A DNA stretch of 64,000 bases, taken from the NCBI RefSeq assembly GCF_039654945.1, contig NW_027361940.1:2232001-2296000 (forward strand). Reading direction: 5' to 3'. This DNA comes from Dendrobates tinctorius. Its lineage: Eukaryota. Below, piece after piece: positions 1 through 12,100 of the stretch. The position numbers were made by a program, and so were the translations under genes. Below the pieces are notes generated by a model. It did not search any database. It was given only the letters and a program-made list of their open reading frames with translations, and was not told the DNA's origin. Within the stretch, counting starts at the first letter, position 1; every line of letters starts with the position of its first letter.

Positions 1-1775
1 TCATTAGCCATGATCAGCCCCCCACCCCCCTGATCTGACCTTGCCTTAAACCCAGTCAAAAGCTTCATTCCAGCCCACACTTCTCTGGAGTTGTTATGTG
101 ACAATTTATTTTCCAATTTAATTCTGAATGCTTCACGGGCAATCCTAATTTTCCCCTTTAAGTCTCTCTGAACAATTTTCATTTCCTCCTTGTCCTTCCT
201 TTCAAAAGCTTTTTTTTTCCTGTTTAGTAGATGTTTCAATTCTTTTGTAATCCAAGGCTTATTGTTTGCAAAACACCGAACCTCATGAATAGGTACAATA
301 TTGTCAGTACAAAAGTTGATGTAATCAGTAACTCTCCTGGTAACCTCATTAACATCATCATTAGGTTCCCTGGCACATAACACCTCCCAGTCTGTGCATT
401 CAAAGCAGTCTTGTAAAGTCTTTTCAGCTGCCGGAGACCATTTCCTTATCCGTTTAATTGTCGCTGGTTGTTTGCAGACAACTGGTTGATAAGCTGGAGA
501 CAATAGTATGAGATTGTGGTCAGATTTCCCCAGGGGGGGCAATGCAGATGATGAGTAAGCATCCTTAACACTGGCATAGAGGAGATCCAATATATAATTG
601 TCCCTTGTAGAACATTTGACATATTGATAGAATTTAGGTAATGAGATCTTGGCTCTATTAAAATCCCCAGAAATGACAGTTAGAGAGTTAGGGTGTTTCG
701 TCTGAAGCCGGGCAATCACCCCAGACAGTACATCCCCAGCTGCCTCTGGATTTGCAGATGGTGGTATATACGACACCACTGCAATAACAAGAGAGAATTC
801 TCTAGGCAGATAGTAAGGCCTGAGGCCCACTGCTAATAGTTCAATGTTTGGGCAACAATGTCTCTCCTTTACTGTTACATGCCCCTGATTACACCATCTG
901 TTGTTAATGTACAGTATCACTCCTCCACCCTTCTTCTTACCGCACTTCACTCTGTCCCTGTCAGCCCGAACCATTTGAAACCCCGGTACCGATATACTTG
1001 AATCCGGGACGTCCTCATGCAACCAGGTTTCTGTAAAGCACATGAGACTGCATTCCCTGAACTCCTTCTGGGTCTTACTCAGAGCCAGCAGTTCATCCGA
1101 CTTGTTACCAAGCGATCGTACATTACCCATGATGATGGATGGGACTGCAGGTTTAAACCTTCTCCTCCAGGACTTGGTCTTCTTGCCTGCTCTGCAACCT
1201 CTGAAAGGTCTCCTCATTTCCCGTGGAACATGTGGTATTGCAACTGCTGGAGAAGACTTTGTCCTGCGCATTTCCAGAAGACGACTCCTTGAATACACTA
1301 CTCGATTAGCGACAGACCTAGGGACAACCATCCGATCAGTGATTCCATCCATCCCGGGAGACCTCTCCGTGGCATACTGTATACGGTGCTCTCCGCTGAG
1401 CACATATGGCTGTATCACTGACACAGGCTGTGGGCAGCAGCATACATCCGTCGGTAGTATTAGCTGAGATGGACCATATTGCGTACCCCAAAGTGGCCAT
1501 GCCAGCAGGGGACTTGTGGGTGGTAGTGGAGGATCCGGGTAAAAACCATATGCAGTGTGCCCAGCGGCAGTAGAAAGTGTGGGGGTGTGCTGCATTTTCC
1601 ATCCCACAGCAGACCAGCGTGCAGGAACGTCGCAATCCACGAGATGAAAACGTTGCATAGATCCAAGGTTGAAATTAGAGGTCCAAAAAGACATCAGGAA
1701 AGGTATAAAAGACTGTAACAAACAAAATAAAATAAAATAATAGCTGCTGCAATGGGCTGCCACTAGCAAGGCGCC
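1..1775 (-). mobile_element. Rex1/Babar-type non-LTR retrotransposon (LINE), 5' part; continues past the left edge
   Basis: Minus-strand translation gives APE endonuclease motifs in order (PSIIMGNVRSL, CFTETWL, KKKGGGV, LRPYYLPREFS, YIPP, SGDFN, LDLLY, KSDHN), then the Rex-type linker RCFANNKPWITKELKHLLNRKKKAF. The 5' end is placed approximately at GGCGCC near 1770. Confidence 0.9.
3..1694 (-). CDS. LINE ORF2 (APE endonuclease, N-terminal half; RT lies outside the window)
   Basis: Read by hand, the frame has no stop from ATG 1694 to the window edge (564 codons). It is missing from the ORF track because it has no stop inside the window. In-frame ATGs at 1331, 1271 and 1130 are alternative starts. 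Confidence 0.85.
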   Translation of the reverse strand, partial: MSFWTSNFNLGSMQRFHLVDCDVPARWSAVGWKMQHTPTLSTAAGHTAYGFYPDPPLPPTSPLLAWPLWGTQYGPSQLILPTDVCCCPQPVSVIQPYVLSGEHRIQYATERSPGMDGITDRMVVPRSVANRVVYSRSRLLEMRRTKSSPAVAIPHVPREMRRPFRGCRAGKKTKSWRRRFKPAVPSIIMGNVRSLGNKSDELLALSKTQKEFRECSLMCFTETWLHEDVPDSSISVPGFQMVRADRDRVKCGKKKGGGVILYINNRWCNQGHVTVKERHCCPNIELLAVGLRPYYLPREFSLVIAVVSYIPPSANPEAAGDVLSGVIARLQTKHPNSLTVISGDFNRAKISLPKFYQYVKCSTRDNYILDLLYASVKDAYSSSALPPLGKSDHNLILLSPAYQPVVCKQPATIKRIRKWSPAAEKTLQDCFECTDWEVLCAREPNDDVNEVTRRVTDYINFCTDNIVPIHEVRCFANNKPWITKELKHLLNRKKKAFERKDKEEMKIVQRDLKGKIRIAREAFRIKLENKLSHNNSREVWAGMKLLTGFKARSDQGGGGLIMAN

Positions 1776-1845
1776 CTATTGTCTCCACAGTCTGGCAGAG
1801 AGCAGACAGGCACGTCTGCACACCTCTGAGTCCAGGAGATCAGAA

Positions 1846-2604
1846 GTTGAGGGTCCCTTCCGGTCCGCAGTGTGAGTTGGGGGTCCCTGCCAGTCCGCAG
1901 TGTGAGTTGGGGTCCCTTCCGGTCCGCAGTGTGAGTTGAGGGTCCCTTCCGGTCCGCAGTGTGAGTTGGGGGTCCCTGCCAGTCCGCAGTGTGAGTTGGG
2001 GTCCCTGCCGGTCCGCAGTGTGAGTTGGAGGGTCCCTGTCCGTCCGCAGTGTGAGTTGGGGGTCCCTGCCGGTCCGCAGTGTGAGTGGTCGGTCCCTGCC
2101 GGTCCGCAGTGTGAGTTGGGGGTCCCTGCCGATCCGCAGTGTGAGTTGGGGGTCCCTGCCGGTCCGCAGTGTGAGTTGGGGGTCCCTGTCGGTCCGCAGT
2201 GTGAGTTGGGGTCTCTGGAGGTCCGCAGTGAGAGTCGGGGGTCCCTGCCGGTCCGCAGTGTGAGTTGGGGGTCCCTGCCGGTCCGCAGTGTGAGTTGGGG
2301 TCCCTGTCGGTCCGCAGTGTGAGTTGGGGGTCCCTGCCGGCCCGCAGTGTGAGTTGGGGGTCCCTGCCGGTCCGCAGTGTGAGTTGGGGTCCCTGTCGGT
2401 CCGCAGTGTGAGTTGGGGTCCCTGTCGGTCCGCAGTGTGAGTTGGGGGTCCCTGCCGGTCCGCAGTGTGAGTTGGGGGTCCCTGTCGGTCCGCAGTGTGA
2501 GTTGGGGGTCCCTGCCGACCCGCAGTGTGAGTTGGGGGTCCCTGCCGGCCCGCAGTGTGAGTTGGGGGTCCCTGCCGGCCCGCAGTGTGAGTTGGGGGTC
2601 CCTT
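1846..2604. repeat. ~30-bp minisatellite, ~25 copies
   Basis: Unit GGTCCGCAGTGTGAGTTGGGGGTCCCTGCC; length varies from 29 to 31 bp through the G run. Confidence 0.97.
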
Positions 2605-2689
2605 TCCCCCTTTTTCAGTTTCTCTTATTGTTTCTATTCCTTATTATACTTTTGTGAAAAATTCAGAGACTTCACCTTGATCCGCGCAC

Positions 2690-3180
2690 CCCTATGAGTC
2701 ACTTGGACTGCGCCGCGCACACCCCTCTCACAGTGGTACATCCCGCACATCACGTGCTCCGTCTCAGCTCGATTCCAGACGATGGGGGCGTCAACGTAGT
2801 AGAGAGGGAGGAGCCAGCATTCTCCGTCACATGACCGTGACGTCATCAAGATGCTTCTCTAGTATGAAACCTCGGTGCGACCGTGAGGTGAGGAGCGGCG
2901 TTAACCCGTGCAGTCCCCGGGGATGGGGCGGGGTCTGTCCGTGCAGCAGCAGGGCTGACACATTAACCTGTGTAATGCTGGACTGTGCTGGAAAGCAAGA
3001 CAGCAGCGCTGGGGGGGAAGGAAGGGTCACTGCAGTGCATTCAATGCCGGGTCACTGAATGGCAGCGCCCACATACAACCCCCTCCACACTACACATGGT
3101 TTCATCCATACACATCATCCAATCATATCCTTGCATTCATTATGTGGTTGGTCTGTAAGCCGCCTCCTGATTGGCTGCAG
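2690..3180 (+). promoter_or_regulatory. Putative CpG-rich promoter of the zinc-finger gene
   Basis: Cluster of motifs: E-box CACGTG (2751), GTCACATGAC (2826-2835), full CRE TGACGTCA (~2838-2845), GC box GGGGCGGGG (~2925), CCAAT/ATTGG (~3119, ~3171). Local CpG density is high and the sequence is unique between two satellites. Confidence 0.55.
2850..2887 (+). other. Putative non-coding exon 1 of the zinc-finger gene (5' boundary uncertain)
   Basis: Strong donor GAG|GTGAGG at 2887/2888 just downstream of the CRE. The clear downstream acceptor is at 27612. Upstream ATGs are not in phase with exon 2, so the exon would be 5' UTR. Confidence 0.45.
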
Positions 3181-3183
3181 CTC

Positions 3184-6100
3184 CTGTGGTCATGTGACGT
3201 CCGTCATGGCGGAGCTCACGCTCTGTATTACTTCCTCTCTGTCGCTGTGGTCATGTGACGCCGTCATGGCGGTGCTCGCGCTCTGTATTACTTCCTCTCT
3301 GTCGCTGTGGTCATGTGACGTCCGTCATGGCGGTGCTCGCGCTCTGTATTACTTCCTCTCTGTCGCTGTGGTCATGTGACGCCGTCATGGCGGTGCTCGC
3401 GCTCTGTATTACTTCCTCTCTGTCGCTGTGGTCATGTGACGCCGTCATGGCGGTGCTCGCGCTCTGTATTACTTCCTCTCTGTCGCTGTGGTCATGTGAC
3501 GCCCGTCATGGCGGTGCTCGCGCTCTGTATTACTTCCTCTCTGTCGCTGTGGTCATGTGACGTCCGTCATGGCGGTGCTCGCGCTCTTTATTACTTCCTC
3601 TCTGTCGCTGTGGTCATGTGACGCCCGTCATGGCGGTGCTCGCGCTCTTTATTACTTCCTCTCTGTCGTTGTGGTCATGTGACGCCCGTCATGGCGGTGC
3701 TCGTGCTCTGTATTACTTCCTCTCTGTCGCTGTGGTCATGTGACGCCCGTCATGGCGGTGCTCGCGCTCTTTATTACTTCCTCTCTGTCGTTGTGGTCAT
3801 GTGACGCCCGTCATGGCGGTGCTCGCGCTCTGTATTACTTCCTCTCTGTCACTGTGGTCATGTGACGCCCGTCATGGCGGTGCTCGCGCTCTGTATTACT
3901 TCCTCTCTGTCGTTGTGGTCATGTGACGCCCGTCATGGCGGTGCTCGCGCTCTGTATTACTTCCTCTCTGTCGCTGTGGTCATGTGACGCCCGTCATGAC
4001 GGTGCTCGCGCTCTTTATTACTTCCTCTCTGTCTTTGTGGTCATGTGACGTCCGTCATGGCGGTGCTCGCGCTCTGTATTACTTCCTCTCTGTCGCTGTG
4101 ATGTGACTTTCGTCATGGCGGTGCTCGCGCTCTGTATTACTTCCTCTCTGTCGTTGTGGTCATGTGACGTCCGTCATGGCGGTGCTCGCGCTCTGTATTA
4201 CTTCCTCTCTGTCGCTGTGGTCATGTGACGCCCGTCATGACGGTGCTCGCGCTCTTTATTACTTCCTCTCTGTCTTTGTGGTCATGTGACTTCCGTCATG
4301 GCGGTGCTCGCGCTCTGTATTACTTCCTCTCTGTCGCTGTGATGTGACTTCCGTCATGACGGTGCTCGCGCTCTGTATTACTTCCTCTCTGTCGTTGTGG
4401 TCATGTGACGTCCGTCATGGCGGTGCTCGCGCTCTGTATTACTTCCTCTCTGTCGCTGTGATGTGACTTCCGTCATGGCGGTGCTCGCGCTCTGTATTAC
4501 TTCCTCTCTGTCGCTGTGATGTGATTTCCGTCATGGCGGTGCTCGCGCTCTGTATTACTTCCTCTCTGTCGTTGTGGTCATGTGACGTCCGTCATGGCGG
4601 TGCTCTCGCTCTGTATTACTTCCTCTCTGTCGCTGTGGTCATGTGACTTCCGTCATGGCGGTGCTCGCGCTCTGTATTACTTCCTCTCTGTCGCTGTGGT
4701 CATGTGACGCCCGTCATGGCGGTTCTCGCGCTCTGTATTACTTCCTCTCTGTCGCTGTGGTCATGTGACTTCCGTCATGGCGGTGCTCGCGCTCTGTATT
4801 ACTTCCTCTCTGTCGCTGTGGTCATGTGACGTCCGTCATGGCGGTGCTCGCGCACTGTATTACTTCCTCTCTGTCGCTGTGGTCATGTGACGCCCATCAT
4901 GGCGATTCTCGCGCTCTGTATTACTTCCTCTCTGTCGCTGTGGTCATGTGACTTCCGTCATGGCGGTGCTCGCGCTCTGTATTACTTCCTCTCTGTCGCT
5001 GTGGTCATGTGACGTCCGTCATGGCGGTGCTCGCGCTCTGTATTACTTCCTCTCTTTCGCTGTGGTCATGTGACGCCCGTCATGGTGGTGCTCGCGCTCT
5101 GTATTACTTCCTCTCTATCGCTGTGGTCATGTGACGCCCGTCATGGAGGTGCTCGCTCTCTGTATTACTTCCTCTCTGTTGCTGTGATCATGTGACGCCC
5201 GTCATGGCGGCGCTCGCGCTCTGTATTACTCCCTCTCTGTCACTGTGATGTGACTCCCGTCATGGCGGTGCTCGCTCTCTGTATTACTTCCTCTCTGTCG
5301 CTGTGGTCATGTGACGCCCGTCATGGCGGTGCTCGCGCTCTGTATTACTTCCTCTCTGTCGCTGTGGTCATGTGACGCCCTTCATGGCGGTGCTCGCGCT
5401 CTGTATTACTTCCTCTTTGTCGCTGTGATGTGACGCCCGTCATGGCGGTGCTCCCGCTCTGTATTACTTCCTCTCTGTCGCTGTGGTCATGTGACGTCCG
5501 TCATGGCGGTGCTCGCGCTCTGTATTACTTCCTCTCTGTCGCTGTGGTCATGTGACGCCCGTCATGGCGGTTCTAGCGCTCTGTATTACTTCCTGTCTGT
5601 CGCTGTGGTCATGTGACGCCCGTCATGGCGGTGCTCGCGCTCTGTATTACTTCCTGTCTGTCACTGTGGTCATGTGACGCCCGTCATGGCGGTGCTCGCT
5701 CTGTATTACTTCCTCTCTGTCGCTGTGATGTGACGCCCGTCATGGCGGTGCTCGCGCTCTGTATTACTTCCTCTCTGTCGCTGTGATGTGACGTCCGTCA
5801 TGGCGGTGCTCGCGCTCTGTATTACTTCCTCTCTGTCGCTGTGATGTGACGCCCGTCATGGCGGTGCTCGCGCTCTGTATTACTTCCTCTCTGTCGCTGT
5901 GATGTGACGTCCGTCATGGCGGTGCTCGCGCTCTGTATTACTTCCTCTCTGTCGCTCTGATGTGACGCCCTTCATGGCGGTGCTCGCGCTCTGTATTACT
6001 TCCTCTCTGTCGCTGTGGTCATGTGACGCCCGTCATGGCCGTGCTTGCACTCGGTATTACTTCCTCTCTGTCGCTGTGGTCATGTGACTCCCGTCATGGC

Positions 6101-9100
6101 GTGCTCGCTCTGTATTACTTCCTCTCTGTCGCTGTGGTCATGTGACGCCCATCATGGCTGTGCTCGCGCTCTGTATTACTTCCTGTCTGTCGTTGTGGAC
6201 ATGTGACGCCCGTCATGGCGGTGCTCGCGCTCTGTATTACTTCCTCTCTGTCGCTCTGATGTGACGCCCTTCATGGCGGTGCTCGCGCTCTGTATTACTT
6301 CCGGTCTGTCGCTGTGGTCATGTGACGCCCGTCATGGCGGTGCTCACGCTCTGTATTACTTCCTCTCTGTCGCTGTGGTCATGTGACGCCCGTCATGGCG
6401 GTGCTTACGCTCTGTATTACTTCCTCTCTGTCGTTGTGGTCATGTGACGCCCGTCATGGCGGTACTCGCGCTCTGTATTACTTCCTCTCTGTCGCTGTGG
6501 TCATGTGACGCCCGTCATGGCGGTGCTCGCGCTCTGTATTACTTCCTCTCTGTCGCTGTGGTCATGTGACGCCCTTCATGGCGGTTCTCGCGCTCTGTAT
6601 TACTTCCTCTTTGTCGCTGTGATCATGTGACGCCCGTCATGGCGGTACTCGTGCTCTGTATTACTTCCTCTCTGTCGCTGTGGTCATGTGACGCCCTTCA
6701 TGGCGGTGCTCGCGCTCTGTATTACTTCCTCTCTGTCGTTGTGGTCATGTGACGCCCGTCATGGCGGTACTCGCGCTCTGTATTACTTCCTCTCTGTCGC
6801 TGTGGTCATGTTTCGCCCGTCATGGCGGTGCTCGCGCTCTGTATTACTTCCTCTCTGTCGCTGTGGTCATGTGACGCCCTTCATGGCGGTTCTCGCGCTC
6901 TGTATTATTTCCTCTTTGTCGCTGTGATGTGACGCCCGTCATGGCGGTACTCGCGCTCTGTATTACTTTCTCTCTGTCGCTGTGGTCATGTGACGCCCTT
7001 CATGGCGGTGCTCGCGCTCTGTATTACTTCCTCTCTGTCGCTGTGATCATGTGACGCCCGTCATGAAGGTGCTCGCGCTGTGTATTACTTCCTCTCTGTC
7101 GCTGTGGTCATGTGACGCCCGTCATGGCGGTGCTCGCGCTCTGTATTACTTCCTCTCTGTCGCTGTGATCATGTGACGCCCGTCATGAAGGTGCTCGCGC
7201 TGTGTATTACTTCCTCTCTGTCGCTGTGGTCATGTGACGCCCGTCATGGCGGAGCTCACGCTCTGTATTACTTCCTCTCTGTCGCTGTGATCATGTGACG
7301 TCCGTCATGGCGGTGCTCGCGCTCTGTATTACTTCCTCTCTGTCGCTGTGGTCATGTGACGCCCGTCATGGCGGTGCTCGCGCTCTTTATTACTTCGTCT
7401 CTGTCGCTGTGGTCATGTGATGCCCTTCATGGCGGTGCTCGCGCTCTGTATTACTTCCTCTTTGTCGCTGTGATGTGACGCCCGTCATGGCGGTGCTCGC
7501 GCTCTGTATTACTTCCTCTCTGTCGCTGTGGTCATTTGACGTCCGTCATGGCGGTGCTCGCGCTCTGTATTACTTCCTCTCTGTCGCTGTGATGTGACGC
7601 CCTTCATGGCGGTGCTCGCGCTCTGTATTACTTCCTCTCTGTCGTTGTGGTCATGTGACGCCCGTCATGGCGGTACTCGCGCTCTGTATTACTTCCTCTC
7701 TGTCGCTGTGGTCATGTGACGCCCGTCATGGCGGTGCTCGCGCTCTGTATCACTTCCTCTCTGTCGTTGTGGTCATGTGACGCCCTTCATGGCGGTTCTC
7801 GCGCTCTGTATTACTTCCTCTCTGTCGCTGTGATCATGTGACGCCCGTCATGGCGGTACTCGCGCTCTGTATTACTTCCTCTCTGTCGCTGTGGTCATGT
7901 GACGCCCTTCATGGCGGTGCTCGCGCTCTGTATTACTTCCTCTCTGTCGTTGTGGTCATGTGACGCCCGTCATGGCGGTACTCGCGCTCTGTATTACTTC
8001 CTCTCTGTCGTTGTGGTCATGTGACGCCCTTCATGGCGGTGCTCGCGCTCTGTATTACTTCCTCTCTGTCGTTGTGGTCATGTGACGCCCGTCATGGCGG
8101 TACTCGCGCTCTGTATTACTTCCTCTCTGTCGCTGTGGTCATGTGACGCCCGTCATGGCGGTGCTCGCGCTCTGTATTACTTCCTCTCTGTCGCTGTGGT
8201 CATGTGACGCCCGTCATGGCGGTACTCGCGCTCTGTATTACTTCCTCTCTGTCGTTGTGGTCATGTGACGCCCGTCATGGCGGTACTCGCGCTCTGTATT
8301 ACTTCCTCTCTGTCGCTGTGGTCATGTGACGCCCGTCATGGCGGTGCTCGCGCTCTGTATTACTTCCTCTCTGTCGTTGTGGTCATGTGACGCCCTTCAT
8401 GGCGGTTCTCGCGCTCTGTATTACTTCCTCTTTGTCGCTGTGATCATGTGACGCCCGTCATGGCGGTACTCGCGCTCTGTATTGCTTCCTCTCTGTCGCT
8501 GTGGTCATGTGACGCCCTTCATGGCGGTGCTCGCGCTCTGTATTACTTCCTCTCTGTCGTTGTGGTCATGTGACGCCCGTCATGGCGGTACTCGCGCTCT
8601 GTATTACTTCCTCTCTGTCGCTGTGGTCATGTGACGCCCGTCATGGCGGTGCTCGCGCTCTGTATTACTTCCTCTCTGTCGCTGTGGTCATGTGACGCCC
8701 TTCATGGCGGTTCTCGCGCTCTGTATTATTTCCTCTTTGTCGCTGTGATGTGACGCCCGTCATGGCGGTACTCGCGCTCTGTATTACTTCCTCTCTGTCG
8801 CTGTGGTCATGTGACGCCCTTCATGGCGGTGCTCGCGCTCTGTATTACTTCCTCTCTGTCGCTGTGATCATGTGACGCCCGTCATGGCGGTGCTCGCGCT
8901 GTGTATTACTTCCTCTCTGTCACTGTGATGTGACTCCCGTCATGGCGGTGCTCGCTCTCTGTATTACTTCCTCTCTGTCGCTGTGATGTGACTTCCGTCA
9001 TGGCGGTGCTCGCGCTCTGTATTACTTCCTCTCTGTCGCTGTGATGTGACTTCCGTCATGACGGTGCTCGCGCTCTGTATTACTTCCTCTCTGTCGTTGT

Positions 9101-12100
9101 GGTCATGTGACGTCCGTCATGGCGGTGCTCGCGCTCTGTATTACTTCCTCTCTGTCGCTGTGATGTGACTTCCGTCATGGCGGTGCTCGCGCTCTGTATT
9201 ACTTCCTCTCTGTCGCTGTGATGTGATTTCCGTCATGGCGGTGCTCGCGCTCTGTATTACTTCCTCTCTGTCGCTGTGGTCATGTGACGCCCTTCATGGC
9301 GGTGCTCGCGCTCTGTATTACTTCCTCTCTGTCGTTGTGGTCATGTGACGCCCGTCATGGCGGTACTCGCGCTCTGTATTACTTCCTCTCTGTCGTTGTG
9401 GTCATGTGACGCCCTTCATGGCGGTGCTCGCGCTCTGTATTACTTCCTCTCTGTCGCTGTGGTCATGTGACGCCCGTCATGGCGGTACTCGCGCTCTGTA
9501 TTACTTCCTCTCTGTCGTTGTGGTCATGTGACGCCCGTCATGGCGGTACTCGCGCTCTGTATTACTTCCTCTCTGTCGCTGTGGTCATGTGACGCCCGTC
9601 ATGGCGGTGCTCGCGCTCTGTATTACTTCCTCTCTGTCGTTGTGGTCATGTGACGCCCTTCATGGCGGTTCTCGCGCTCTGTATTACTTCCTCTTTGTCG
9701 CTGTGATCATGTGACGCCCGTCATGGCGGTACTCGCGCTCTGTATTGCTTCCTCTCTGTCGCTGTGGTCATGTGACGCCCTTCATGGCGGTGCTCGCGCT
9801 CTGTATTACTTCCTCTCTGTCGTTGTGGTCATGTGACGCCCGTCATGGCGGTACTCGCGCTCTGTATTACTTCCTCTCTGTCGCTGTGGTCATGTGACGC
9901 CCGTCATGGCGGTGCTCGCGCTCTGTATTACTTCCTCTCTGTCGCTGTGGTCATGTGACGCCCTTCATGGCGGTTCTCGCGCTCTGTATTATTTCCTCTT
10001 TGTCGCTGTGATGTGACGCCCGTCATGGCGGTACTCGCGCTCTGTATTACTTCCTCTCTGTCGCTGTGGTCATGTGACGCCCTTCATGGCGGTGCTCGCG
10101 CTCTGTATTACTTCCTCTCTGTCGCTGTGATCATGTGACGCCCGTCATGGCGGTGCTCGCGCTGTGTATTACTTCCTCTCTGTCACTGTGATGTGACTCC
10201 CGTCATGGCGGTGCTCGCTCTCTGTATTACTTCCTCTCTGTCGCTGTGATGTGACTTCCGTCATGGCGGTGCTCGCGCTCTGTATTACTTCCTCTCTGTC
10301 GCTGTGATGTGACTTCCGTCATGACGGTGCTCGCGCTCTGTATTACTTCCTCTCTGTCGTTGTGGTCATGTGACGTCCGTCATGGCGGTGCTCGCGCTCT
10401 GTATTACTTCCTCTCTGTCGCTGTGATGTGACTTCCGTCATGGCGGTGCTCGCGCTCTGTATTACTTCCTCTCTGTCGCTGTGATGTGATTTCCGTCATG
10501 GCGGTGCTCGCGCTCTGTATTACTTCCTCTCTGTCGTTGTGGTCATGTGACGTCCGTCATGGCGGTGCTCTCGCTCTGTATTACTTCCTCTCTGTCGCTG
10601 TGGTCATGTGACTTCCGTCATGGCGGTGCTCGCGCTCTGTATTACTTCCTCTCTGTCGCTGTGGTCATGTGACGCCCGTCATGGCGGTTCTCGCGCTCTG
10701 TATTACTTCCTCTCTGTCGCTGTGGTCATGTGACTTCCGTCATGGCGGTGCTCGCGCTCTGTATTACTTCCTCTCTGTCGCTGTGGTCATGTGACGTCCG
10801 TCATGGCGGTGCTCGCGCACTGTATTACTTCCTCTCTGTCGCTGTGGTCATGTGACGCCCGTCATGGCGATTCTCGCGCTCTGTATTACTTCCTCTCTGT
10901 CGCTGTGGTCATGTGACTTCCGTCATGGCGGTGCTCGCGCTCTGTATTACTTCCTCTCTGTCGCTGTGGTCATGTGACGTCCGTCATGGCGGTGCTCGCG
11001 CTCTGTATTACTTCCTCTCTTTCGCTGTGGTCATGTGACGCCCGTCATGGTGGTGCTCGCGCTCTGTATTACTTCCTCTCTGTCGCTGTGGTCATGTGAC
11101 GCCCGTCATGGCGGTGCTCGCTCTCTGTATTACTTCCTCTCTGTTGCTGTGATCATGTGACGCCCGTCATGGCGGCGCTCGCGCTCTGTATTACTTCCTC
11201 TCTGTCACTGTGATGTGACTCCCGTCATGGCGGTGCTCGCTCTCTGTATTACTTCCTCTCTGTCGCTGTGGTCATGTGACGCCCGTCATGGCGGTGCTCG
11301 CGCTCTGTATTACTTCCTCTCTGTCGCTGTGGTCATGTGACGCCCTTCATGGCGGTGCTCGCGCTCTGTATTACTTCCTCTTTGTCGCTGTGATGTGACG
11401 CCCGTCATGGCGGTGCTCCCGCTCTGTATTACTTCCTCTCTGTCGCTGTGGTCATGTGACGTCCGTCATGGCGGTGCTCGCGCTCTGTATTACTTCCTCT
11501 CTGTCGCTGTGGTCATGTGACGCCCGTCATGGCGGTTCTAGCGCTCTGTATTACTTCCTGTCTGTCGCTGTGGTCATGTGACGCCGGTCATGGCGGTGCT
11601 CGCGCTCTGTATTACTTCCTGTCTGTCACTGTGGTCATGTGACGCCCGTCATGGCGGTGCTCGCTCTGTATTACTTCCTCTCTGTCGCTGTGATGTGACG
11701 CCCGTCATGGCGGTGCTCGCGCTCTGTATTACTTCCTCTCTGTCGCTGTGATGTGACGTCCGTCATGGCGGTGCTCGCGCTCTGTATTACTTCCTCTCTG
11801 TCGCTGTGATGTGACGCCCGTCATGGCGGTGCTCGCGCTCTGTATTACTTCCTCTCTGTCGCTGTGATGTGACGTCCGTCATGGCGGTGCTCGCGCTCTG
11901 TATTACTTCCTCTCTGTCGCTCTGATGTGACGCCCTTCATGGCGGTGCTCGCGCTCTGTATTACTTCCTCTCTGTCGCTGTGGTCATGTGACGCCCGTCA
12001 TGGCCGTGCTTGCACTCGGTATTACTTCCTCTCTGTCGCTGTGGTCATGTGACGCCCGTCATGGCGTGCTCGCTCTGTATTACTTCCTCTCTGTCGCTGT

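Noticed and set aside
1936-2697. ORFs in the 30-bp minisatellite, and those in the 28-bp array at 28513-28876
   Set aside because: Repeat-derived frames with indels in homopolymer runs, and no splice support.
2831-2887. Coding first exon from ATG 2831 or 2864
   Set aside because: It ends in phase 0 whereas exon 2 needs phase 1, and ATG 2851 hits TAG at once. At most these are uORFs.
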